From a candidate division WOR-3 bacterium (GTDB lineage: Bacteria; Hydrothermota; Tepidihabitantia; Tepidihabitantales; Tepidihabitantaceae), in the NCBI GenBank assembly GCA_965649295.1, contig CBFGKH010000007.1, positions 96,230 to 160,229 of the forward strand: a stretch of DNA of 64,000 nt, read 5' to 3'. Positions within the stretch are counted from its first letter, which is position 1; every line of letters begins with the position of its first letter. Shown here one piece after another: positions 56,047 through 64,000 of this stretch. The notes below the pieces were generated by a model. That model ran no database searches. It saw only the letters and a list, made by a program, of their open reading frames with translations, and had not been told where the DNA came from. Both the position numbers and the translations under genes were made by a program.

Positions 56047-58983
56047 TCAGGTTACCTTCCTGATGGCAAGTTTGACTGGTTCTTGGTTCACCCGGGTGTC
56101 CCGGCAGATGGCCGCATCAGCCGGCAGTTCGTTGCTCTCGGTCAAGCCAGTGGCCAGGGTCTCGCGGACGATGTGGTCGTAGGCGGCGGCGATGGCAGCG
56201 GTAAGACGGGGCGATGCTTGGTAGTAGATGCTGATGCGGTCAGTAACCGCAAGGTCGGCTTGCTTACGTAGTCCCTGGATCGTGTGGACAAGCTCGCGGG
56301 CTAGACCCTCGTTTTCTAGTTCGGGCGTCAGCCGAGTGCAGACCCCCACCGCAGCGTCAGCCGCTTCCTCAACCACATAGTCAGTCGGGAAAGCGGCGCC
56401 GGGTTCGGTGAAGAGCACGGCTCGAACGTTCAGTTCTTCTTCGATTGATTCGGCATGGCGGAGCAGGATTGCTTGGCCAGCCGGATCAGCTAGCCGGATC
56501 ATCACTGCGCTCAGCGGCTGTCTTACCTTGAGCCGGGATTTCTCGCGGGCTGCCCGACCAAGTGAGACAATGTCACGAACGAGCCTGACTTCAGCTTCAA
56601 GCACCGGATCAATGAGACGAGGGTCAGGTTCGGGATAGCTCGTTAGGTGGACTGACTCGGGGGCACTCGGATCGACCGAGCGGACCAGGTTCTGGTAAAT
56701 TTCCTCGGTGAGGAACGGCATTATCGGTGCAATCAGCCGAATCAGAGTGACCAGACATTCATAGAGGGTTGTGTAGGCGGCGTTCTTGTCAGAATCAGAT
56801 AGTGATTTCCAGAACCGGCGCCGGCTACGGCGAACATACCAGACTGATAGGTCATCAACAAATTCCTCGACCGCCCGAGTGACAGCAGCGCAGTCGTAGT
56901 CGTCAAGTCGCTCCCGGCTGAGTCGGACGAGGGAGTGAAGCCGGGAGATTATCCAGCGGTCGAGCAGGGAGCGGTCGAGCTGGCGATTGGCTGGTGTCCA
57001 GTTATCAATGCGAGCATAAGTAACAAAGAAGCTATAGACGTTCCAGAGCACGAGCAGCTTGCGTCGTACCTCGTGAGCACCGTGATAGCCGAAGAGCAGG
57101 TTCTGGGCCGGATTCTGGCTGGCGAAAATCCAGCGCATCACATCGGCCCCCATCCTATCAACGGCGTCCTTGACTTCGATGGCGTTGCCCCAGGACTTGT
57201 GCATGTCGCGGCCGTCTTCGGCTTTCATCGTTGCATAGCCAAGGACGGTTAGGAACGGTGTGCACTTCTCCAGCACTGTTGACATCGCCAGGATGGCGTA
57301 GAACCAGTTGCGGAACTGGCCGGGGAACGATTCAGTAATGAAATCAAACGGAAACCACTGCTGCCAGTACTCGCGGTTGGTCAGATAGTGGGTTGTCGAG
57401 AACGGGACGATGCCGGCATCAAGCCATGGATTGCCGACATCCCGAATCCGCGATACCGGCTTGCCACACTGTTCGCACCGGATCTGGACCTCATCGATCC
57501 AAGGCCGGTGGGGCGTGTGTCCCTCGAATTTGTCCCAGCCAGCGATCTGCCGGGCCTTCAGTTCCTCGCGGGAGCCGATTACGTCAAACCAGCCGCACTC
57601 ACAGCGATAGATTGGCAGAGCCAGTCCCCAGTATCGCTTCTTGGAAATGCACCAGTCGGCCATATTGCGCAACCAGTCAAGCTCGCGTTCCAGCCCGAAC
57701 TCGGGAATCCAGCGTACCTGGCGGGCCGATGCCATTATCTCCTCGCGCAGGTCATCCATGCGAATGAACCACTCGTCAACCAGCCGGAAGACAAGCTCAG
57801 AGCCACAGCGCCAGCAGACCGGATAGCGGTGAGTGTGGTCCTCGACCCGGAAGAGCAGGTCCTTTTCTTTTAGGTCGGCAAAAACCATGGGCGCGACCTC
57901 GGCAGCGGTTTTGCCAGCAAACCGACCGAAGCTGGCGTCGAAGGTACCGTCTTCGTGCAGTGGAGCGATAACGGCAAGGCCGTTCTCCTGCCCGAGTAGG
58001 AAGTCCTCTTTGCCGCAGCCGGGCGCAATGTGGACGATGCCGGTGCCGTCAGTGGCGCTGACCTCATTCCAGGCAACAACGCGGTGGACGATGCCTTGCT
58101 GTGGTGCTAGTTCGTCATAGGGGCCCTGATAGGTCAAGCCGACAAGTTTGGCACCGGGTAGTTCTTCCAGCACCTGGGCGCCCGGGCCGAGCACTGTCAG
58201 TAGTGGCTTGGCTAGGATATAGATGGCGTCACCTTGGCGGGCGCGGACGTATTCGAGGTCAGGATGGACAGCTGCCGCGACGTTGGATGTCAGGGTCCAG
58301 GGCGTGGTGGTCCAAACCAGCAAGTACTCGTTCGTTCGACCGATGATGGGCAGGCGGAGAAAGACCGCCGGATGGGTCAGCTCGCGGTAGCCCTCAGTTA
58401 CAATCTCCTGATCGGAGATGGCGGTGCCGCAACGGGCGCACCAGGGCATTACATCAGTGCCTTCATAGATTAGCTTGCGCTCATGGCACTTCTTGAGAAA
58501 GTACCAGATGGTGTAGTTATTCTCCTCGGACATCGTGTAGTAGGAGTTTTCCCAGTCCATCCACTGGCCGGTACGGATTGACTGCTCGGTTTGAATCTGA
58601 GAGTACTTACGGACTCGCTCCTTGCACTTCTCGACAAACCGGTCAATCCCGAACTTCTCGATGTCCTTCTTGGAACGGAACCCGAGTTCCTTCTCGACTT
58701 CCACCTCAACCCAGAGGCCTTGGCAGTCGAACCCGTTCTGCCAGCGCTGGTCAAATCCGAGCATCGCCTTATAGCGCTGATAGATATCTTTGTAGGTGCG
58801 GCCCCACGCGTGGTGCACGCCCATCGGATTGTTAGCAGTTATCGGACCGTCAAGGAAGCGAAACTTGGGATTGCCGCGATTGCGCTCAACGAGCTTGTGG
58901 AAATGGCGGCCTTCGCGCCAGAAGTCGAGAATGCGTAGTTCAATCGCGCGGTGATCAGGCTGGCGGGGAACAGGTTGAAACAT
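56047..58983 (-). CDS. ileS: Isoleucyl-tRNA synthetase (type 2-like)
   Basis: DGPITAN..GVHH, WTTTPWTL, GTGIVHIAP, DWCISKKRYWG, DMHKS, KVRQPL. Confidence 0.95.
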   Translation of the reverse strand: MFQPVPRQPDHRAIELRILDFWREGRHFHKLVERNRGNPKFRFLDGPITANNPMGVHHAWGRTYKDIYQRYKAMLGFDQRWQNGFDCQGLWVEVEVEKELGFRSKKDIEKFGIDRFVEKCKERVRKYSQIQTEQSIRTGQWMDWENSYYTMSEENNYTIWYFLKKCHERKLIYEGTDVMPWCARCGTAISDQEIVTEGYRELTHPAVFLRLPIIGRTNEYLLVWTTTPWTLTSNVAAAVHPDLEYVRARQGDAIYILAKPLLTVLGPGAQVLEELPGAKLVGLTYQGPYDELAPQQGIVHRVVAWNEVSATDGTGIVHIAPGCGKEDFLLGQENGLAVIAPLHEDGTFDASFGRFAGKTAAEVAPMVFADLKEKDLLFRVEDHTHRYPVCWRCGSELVFRLVDEWFIRMDDLREEIMASARQVRWIPEFGLERELDWLRNMADWCISKKRYWGLALPIYRCECGWFDVIGSREELKARQIAGWDKFEGHTPHRPWIDEVQIRCEQCGKPVSRIRDVGNPWLDAGIVPFSTTHYLTNREYWQQWFPFDFITESFPGQFRNWFYAILAMSTVLEKCTPFLTVLGYATMKAEDGRDMHKSWGNAIEVKDAVDRMGADVMRWIFASQNPAQNLLFGYHGAHEVRRKLLVLWNVYSFFVTYARIDNWTPANRQLDRSLLDRWIISRLHSLVRLSRERLDDYDCAAVTRAVEEFVDDLSVWYVRRSRRRFWKSLSDSDKNAAYTTLYECLVTLIRLIAPIMPFLTEEIYQNLVRSVDPSAPESVHLTSYPEPDPRLIDPVLEAEVRLVRDIVSLGRAAREKSRLKVRQPLSAVMIRLADPAGQAILLRHAESIEEELNVRAVLFTEPGAAFPTDYVVEEAADAAVGVCTRLTPELENEGLARELVHTIQGLRKQADLAVTDRISIYYQASPRLTAAIAAAYDHIVRETLATGLTESNELPADAAICRDTRVNQEPVKLAIRKVT

Positions 58984-59002
58984 CGTCAGTAAACGTAGCT
59001 AA

Positions 59003-60463
59003 TCATCTTGCCCGACCGGTCGAGCCTAGGTCGCGGCCAAACATCGGCCAGGGAGCATTGCCCGGACCGCTGGTGCCGCCCACCACCCAAGCCTTGGTGC
59101 CGCTGCCGACCCAGATAAGGCCGTTGGCATCAATCTTGGGTGCCGACATCAGATCACTGGCTCCGCCCTCGCCTAAACCGCAGGCCCAGTGTCGGGAACC
59201 GTCGCTTCTGACCGCGTAGAGGCTATCAACGCCGGGATTGAGTTGAGCCCGTTTGTTGCTGCCGACGACGAAATAGACATAACCGGCGCTGGATACAGCC
59301 GGGGTTGAGGCAGTTCCAGCCAGCGGTGGAGTGAAGACCCATTTTGGTGTACCGTTGTTGTCGGGATTCAGCGCATGGAGGCGGCCGCCACCACTGACAT
59401 AGACGGTGTTGTCAGCGCCGACAACCGGGCCCGACGGGTCAGCACCAACGGTGACGCGCCACAGCTCGTCGCCCTCGTTAGTAAGGTCGAGGGCTACAAC
59501 CGTACCGTCGTCAAACGGCACATACAACTCGTTGCGGCCTGAATTGATCGCTGGAGCAGAGATGTTGGCGCGGCCGGCATAGAACTGTACCCATTTCGGC
59601 AGACCGGTCGCCAGGTCATGGGCAATCACCGCTCCGTCAGCCGTGACGGCGATTACCGTGCCGTCGGTTGTAATTACCGGCGGCGACTCGCCGCCGTTAG
59701 TATAGACTGCCCAACGCCGAGTTCCGTCGGCATTGAGTACCAACAGTGAATCGTCAGTCTGAAAAGCGACCGAGCCGTCAGCGCCCAGGGCCGGTGGTGC
59801 GGTAACGGTGCTGGGATAGGTCCAGCGTCGGGTTACGGTCGGTCGCAGACTGTAGAACGAATCGTTGTCGCAGCCGGCAAAGACACAGCCCGAATCGTCA
59901 ACAGCGACGCTGGCGGCAAAGGCGTCCATCTCCTGCGTTACAAAGGCCCAGGCCCGACTCGTACGTGGCTTGACAACGAGGCCAAAATCACAACCACAGA
60001 AAGCCGTACCGTTTGGCGCAAAGGCCAGGGTTGCTGTTGAAAAGTCAGCCGAGTCCTCATAATCCTCGGGATTGAAACAGCCAAAGGAGTCAACTACCAC
60101 GCCCTCGGCTACGACCAGCAGATTCTTGGGTTGGGACCAGGCCGAGACGCTGCTGCGGCCAGAACGGCGCAACCGCGCCCTTACTGCAAAAGTGCCAGTA
60201 CTGGCATAGGTGTGGGTATCAGACCAGACAAGACCGGCATCCATTTCAGGCGACCAGGCCGATTGGCTGTTGTCGCCCCAATCGAACTGATACGCAACGA
60301 GCCCAGCGCCATCCTCAGCCTGCGTGGAACAGGCGACTGCGACGCCACGCACGACAATGGCCGGTCCCCACGGCTGCTTTGGGGCTTCTGGTTTAGGACA
60401 ACCAGCCAGTGCGAGCAAGCCGGCCAGACCTAGAAGCGTCAGATTGTGACGAATAGTGCTCAT
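59003..60463 (-). CDS. Lipoprotein with PKD-like domain and PQQ/BamB-like beta-propeller
   Basis: RBS aaggag, ATG 60463, lipobox LAGC, YQFDWGD, repeated DGTRRW/GTPKW blades. Confidence 0.8.
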   Translation of the reverse strand: MSTIRHNLTLLGLAGLLALAGCPKPEAPKQPWGPAIVVRGVAVACSTQAEDGAGLVAYQFDWGDNSQSAWSPEMDAGLVWSDTHTYASTGTFAVRARLRRSGRSSVSAWSQPKNLLVVAEGVVVDSFGCFNPEDYEDSADFSTATLAFAPNGTAFCGCDFGLVVKPRTSRAWAFVTQEMDAFAASVAVDDSGCVFAGCDNDSFYSLRPTVTRRWTYPSTVTAPPALGADGSVAFQTDDSLLVLNADGTRRWAVYTNGGESPPVITTDGTVIAVTADGAVIAHDLATGLPKWVQFYAGRANISAPAINSGRNELYVPFDDGTVVALDLTNEGDELWRVTVGADPSGPVVGADNTVYVSGGGRLHALNPDNNGTPKWVFTPPLAGTASTPAVSSAGYVYFVVGSNKRAQLNPGVDSLYAVRSDGSRHWACGLGEGGASDLMSAPKIDANGLIWVGSGTKAWVVGGTSGPGNAPWPMFGRDLGSTGRAR

Positions 60464-60667
60464 CAGAACTCCTTTGCCGGTCGAAAGGCGGACGCGCAGG
60501 TTGTTGCAGGTCAACTAGTTAGCAACTGCGGGCCGTTTCCGGCGGCAGCCTATAGAATAGCCTGATCTACGAGAGAGTCAAGCAGAGGAGAAGGATATGA
60601 CGATGTGTTTGCGATGCCCGAAGTCTTTTATACCAACAATCTACTTCTTTTGTTCTTCGGCTGCTCG

Positions 60668-61255
60668 CTACGGCCGCGTGACTGAGATTTCGAGGCGGGT
60701 TATCCAGTCGTCAGCTTCCACGTGGGCTGCCGGCTGGGCCTGATCGCGGTAACGCTCATCAAGCAGTCTGACAAGTTGCAGCTCGGCGACTCGGCTTTCG
60801 GCAGTTGTACCAGGGCAGGCGGCGGTCAGGAGCAGGCGAAGTGAGCGGCTATCGGCGATCAGGCGTAACACTTCGCCCCGGAAGAACATGGTCCAGGCGG
60901 TCTGGACGCTATCCCTTGGCTGGTAATAGCCAGCCTGTGACCGGCGGAAAGCGGTAGCGATCCGACGATAGAGGAGTAGCAGCACGGGTCTAGCTAATTG
61001 TTCCTGGGCGCGCACAGCTCGGGCCAGCGGCGTATCGCGGCCGACCAGGGCGGCAGCCGCCATTAGTCGGGTACGCGCACGCCCATAGATATCAGCAATC
61101 AGCAGCGAATAGGTTGCAGACTGGATGTTTTTGAGTTCGACGTTGGTATCATTGGGGAATTCGGGCCCGTCCTTCAAGACAACAGCATCGGTCCAAGCCG
61201 GTAGCTGGCCGGTTGTCAGACCCTTGGCGGTAGTACCGTTTTGTTCTTCCTTCAC
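60668..61255 (-). CDS. Hypothetical protein
   Basis: 195-aa ORF with upstream TTGACT-N17-TATCAT; no recognised motif. Confidence 0.5.
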   Translation of the reverse strand: MKEEQNGTTAKGLTTGQLPAWTDAVVLKDGPEFPNDTNVELKNIQSATYSLLIADIYGRARTRLMAAAALVGRDTPLARAVRAQEQLARPVLLLLYRRIATAFRRSQAGYYQPRDSVQTAWTMFFRGEVLRLIADSRSLRLLLTAACPGTTAESRVAELQLVRLLDERYRDQAQPAAHVEADDWITRLEISVTRP

Positions 61256-61360
61256 CTTATTGCGCTCAGTATTAATGATACAGCGATACCATCGGAAGTC
61301 AACGCATGGGCAGTAGAATTGAACAGTCCTGCTCGCGCTGTCAGCTTTGGGCCAGAAAGG

Positions 61361-61392
61361 AGCGTCGGAGGCGAGACTTCGCCTCCGACGCT
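61361..61392 (-). terminator. Hairpin terminator after the S8 protease gene
   Basis: agcgtcggaggcga-gact-tcgcctccgacgct, a 14-bp stem. Confidence 0.75.
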
Positions 61393-61407
61393 AACTGAAG
61401 CAACAGC

Positions 61408-64000
61408 CTAACGGGTGATGACTAGCTTGGTCCAGACTTGGGATTCAGAGGTGCTCACCCGGCTGAAATAGATGCCGGGCCTGACGCGGTTGCCAGCGTT
61501 GTCAAGACCGTCCCAGATAATACTGGCATGGGTTGCTACCTGCTGGCCGACAGCTAGGGTGCGCACCAGGCGGCCGTTGTTGTCGAACACAGCGGCCGAA
61601 ACTCGAGCTGGGCTAGGGAGCGAGAGCAAAAGCTGAGTAACAGCGCTGGACGGGTTAGGTGTGGCAGTCACCCTGATGGGCTGCCGCTGCACCGGGCCTG
61701 AGCCTTCGGCCAGGTCAACAAGGCCATAGTTGAACCCGACTACCTTGACAAGCTGATTGTCGGTCGTACCACCCTGCATAATCGTTACCCAGTAGGAGCC
61801 GTTGCGCGGGTCGTACTCAATGCCCCGCATGTTCCAGGCTATATTGCTGAAACGGAAGCTATTGATAATCGCGCCGCTGGTACGGTCGAGTTCGTACATC
61901 ACGCAAGAGTCAAGAAAACTACCCGAGGCATCAAAGAAGGTAAACATGTTGAGCAAGGAAGGTGGGTTTGTCGGCTGGCGGTAGTCGAAAGACAGGCAGC
62001 GGGCACCATAGGTGGCGTTGCGGGGGTGGTTAAAAACACGCAGTTGATTGCCAAGCGTGTCGGTGACATAGATGCGGGTGCCGACGCCGGCCGTGGTGCG
62101 GCGGTCAGAGATGTAAAGTTCATGGGTTGCAGGATGCTCGGCGATGCCACACGGATACTCGATGTAGGGGACCGGGAATGAGCGCAGCACTGTACCGGTG
62201 GGCGAAATCTTGTAGATGGTGCGACTGGCATTGCCGACGAGCCAGAAGGTGTTGTCGTAGCTGTTGTAGAAGATGTCGGTACAGGAGTCCTCGGGTGCCG
62301 GGATTGTGCCGTATTGGGTGAGCAGACTGTCGGAAGAATAGACATAAATAAGCGGCGACATATAGTAGGCGCAGTAGAGCCGGTCGTTGTTGGTGTTATA
62401 GGCTACGCCATAGAGTCCCCACTGCGAAGGCATGCCCGGTGCAGTCAGCGGTCCCCAGATTATCTCACCGGGCTGAGGCGGCGGCACACCGACGGTTAGG
62501 ACAATCGGGATTCGGGTCTCGTAGTCAGCGCTGTCGCCGGTGACATGCAAGGTGCAGGTGATACGGGTGCCGGGTGGAATCGTACCGCTGGCATGAATTA
62601 CAATTGGATCGGCAACGTTGGTGGTTTCAGTACCGACAGCGATATTGGGCCAGCTTGCCAGCGAGTCGGTGATAGTGAGCCGAGGGTCGGTGGAGCGAAA
62701 CCGGCCGGTGATGTTGGCGCAGGCCGCACCGCCAGAGTTGCGCAGACGGAACAGGAGGTTGGCGTCTTCAGCCGGGTCAACCATGCCGTTGCCGTTGCCG
62801 CCCGGGGCCGGGTCGAGAATCAGAGTTGCTCGCAGGACAAGCATTGGGCCACCAGAGCCAGTGACGTAGTTGACAGCAGCCAGTGCATCAACGCAGCCGG
62901 CACCAAAGTCGTTGTCTTTGCCGGGGGCGCCGAGGTCACGCGCAGTTACTTCGAGGATGGAGTCAATGACTGCTGGGGAGAGGTTTGGGTTCTTTGAAAG
63001 CATCAGACAGACCACTCCCGCTGTGTGCGGCGTGGCCATCGAAGTGCCGTCCATCAGTTGATAGCCGCTGCCAGTGTAGCTGCACGACTTCACTGCCACA
63101 CCCGGTGCCGACACATCCGGCCGCGTCAGCCCTGGCGGATAGGCATAGTCGTTATACGGCGCAACCGACTGCCAGGTCGTTGGGCCAGGGCTGGAGAAAC
63201 TGGCAATTGCGTCCATACTGTCGGTAGCACCGATTGAGGTTATCCCCGAGAGCGTACCGGTGCCGGTGTTCTGCGGGTTGCGCCAGGGCGGTGGCGCGTT
63301 GCCCGGACAACGGCAGGCATTAGGAGGAGTGAAGTAGCCGCGTTCGTTCCCCGCAGCCACCATCTGGGTCAGACCAGCCGCGTTCACCACATCCGCAGTC
63401 TGCCGCCACACCGCCTGCGCCGGATTCCACGAAATGTACCAGCCCAAGGACATCGTGTAGAGGTCAGCGCCGTTCGCCGGCGACAATGGCGGCGACACGC
63501 AGAACTGCATCGCCTGCCAGCACTGGCTCTCGGCTATCGAATCTGCCACTGTCCGCACCCGACAGATCATCAGCTGCGCATCTGGCGCCACCCCACACTG
63601 ACTGCCACCAGTCCCGTCACTAGCCACTGTCCCAGCCGTGTGGGTCCCATGACCCTGCACGTCCATCGGATTGTTGTTGTTGTTCTCGAAGTTCCAGCCG
63701 TGATACGGATAGTTCGGATCGGTCCACATATGGTCGGCCAAGTCCGGATGGTTGTAGTTGCAGCCGGTGTCAATGTGGCCGCAGACCACTCCCGCCCCAG
63801 TATAGCCCTGGGCCCAGACCGCCGGCGCGTTCACCTTCCGCACGCCCCAAGTTATCTCATCGCCCCCGTCACTGGCGCGGGCATTGGTTTCAAGCAGATC
63901 AGGACAGTGCTTCAGGTCATAGTCAACAAAGTTGACCTCTGGCCGCTCACTCAGGGCCCGGATTACTGCCGGCGTCGCCTGGCAGTAGACCGCGTTGACC
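61408..64000 (-). CDS. Secreted S8 subtilisin-like protease with beta-propeller and FlgD/T9SS-like C-terminal domain (5' end outside window)
   Basis: HIDTG, GHGTHTAG, AAGNE, GTSMATP; WDGLDNAGNRVRPGIYF; frame open to 64000. Confidence 0.92.
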   Translation of the reverse strand, partial: VNAVYCQATPAVIRALSERPEVNFVDYDLKHCPDLLETNARASDGGDEITWGVRKVNAPAVWAQGYTGAGVVCGHIDTGCNYNHPDLADHMWTDPNYPYHGWNFENNNNNPMDVQGHGTHTAGTVASDGTGGSQCGVAPDAQLMICRVRTVADSIAESQCWQAMQFCVSPPLSPANGADLYTMSLGWYISWNPAQAVWRQTADVVNAAGLTQMVAAGNERGYFTPPNACRCPGNAPPPWRNPQNTGTGTLSGITSIGATDSMDAIASFSSPGPTTWQSVAPYNDYAYPPGLTRPDVSAPGVAVKSCSYTGSGYQLMDGTSMATPHTAGVVCLMLSKNPNLSPAVIDSILEVTARDLGAPGKDNDFGAGCVDALAAVNYVTGSGGPMLVLRATLILDPAPGGNGNGMVDPAEDANLLFRLRNSGGAACANITGRFRSTDPRLTITDSLASWPNIAVGTETTNVADPIVIHASGTIPPGTRITCTLHVTGDSADYETRIPIVLTVGVPPPQPGEIIWGPLTAPGMPSQWGLYGVAYNTNNDRLYCAYYMSPLIYVYSSDSLLTQYGTIPAPEDSCTDIFYNSYDNTFWLVGNASRTIYKISPTGTVLRSFPVPYIEYPCGIAEHPATHELYISDRRTTAGVGTRIYVTDTLGNQLRVFNHPRNATYGARCLSFDYRQPTNPPSLLNMFTFFDASGSFLDSCVMYELDRTSGAIINSFRFSNIAWNMRGIEYDPRNGSYWVTIMQGGTTDNQLVKVVGFNYGLVDLAEGSGPVQRQPIRVTATPNPSSAVTQLLLSLPSPARVSAAVFDNNGRLVRTLAVGQQVATHASIIWDGLDNAGNRVRPGIYFSRVSTSESQVWTKLVITR

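Noticed and set aside
60464..60580. T-box or riboswitch upstream of the lipoprotein-ileS operon
   Set aside because: No T-box consensus or terminator/antiterminator found in the short leader.

Overview
GC-rich bacterial window, probably candidate phylum WOR-3 or a relative. This assignment is an inference from the CARDB/Kelch/C-terminal-sorting-domain architecture of the secreted proteins. The left ~18 kb is accessory and partly decayed. It holds zinc-ribbon membrane proteins, two tandem Holliday-junction-resolvase-like genes, a DUF433/DUF5615 toxin-antitoxin pair with a frameshifted toxin, an arsR-arsM-thiol-redox-permease-acr3 operon cut off at a breakpoint near 6210, a C1 protease, a pentapeptide-repeat protein and an internally deleted ADP-ribosylglycohydrolase. 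Next come phoH-ybeY-CNNM-CNNM-recO, two giant secreted proteins (a beta-helix adhesin-like protein and a gingipain-like C25 protease), a nitrilase and yitT. A ~1740-aa Ser/Thr kinase-STAND ATPase-TPR-GAF-sigma54 activator follows, then core genes (smpB, amidase, murI, rph, RluA family, parAB, M23, ABC binding protein, truA, dksA-like, ileS) and an S8 protease that runs off the window end. The best candidate for a new system lies directly downstream of the kinase/sigma54 activator: a complete mini transcription unit missed by the ORF track (enhancer-like palindromes, sigma54 -24/-12 promoter, strong RBS, 20-aa proline-rich peptide MPVFGIPIPPRPGPVAPPVR, intrinsic terminator), immediately upstream of smpB. 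Other highlights are a dispersed ~370-bp element made of 12-nt periodic units plus a conserved palindromic end (two copies), many apparently leaderless genes, an IleRS with a GVHH signature, and a truA lacking a canonical start codon. All calls come from reading the sequence; no database searches were run.
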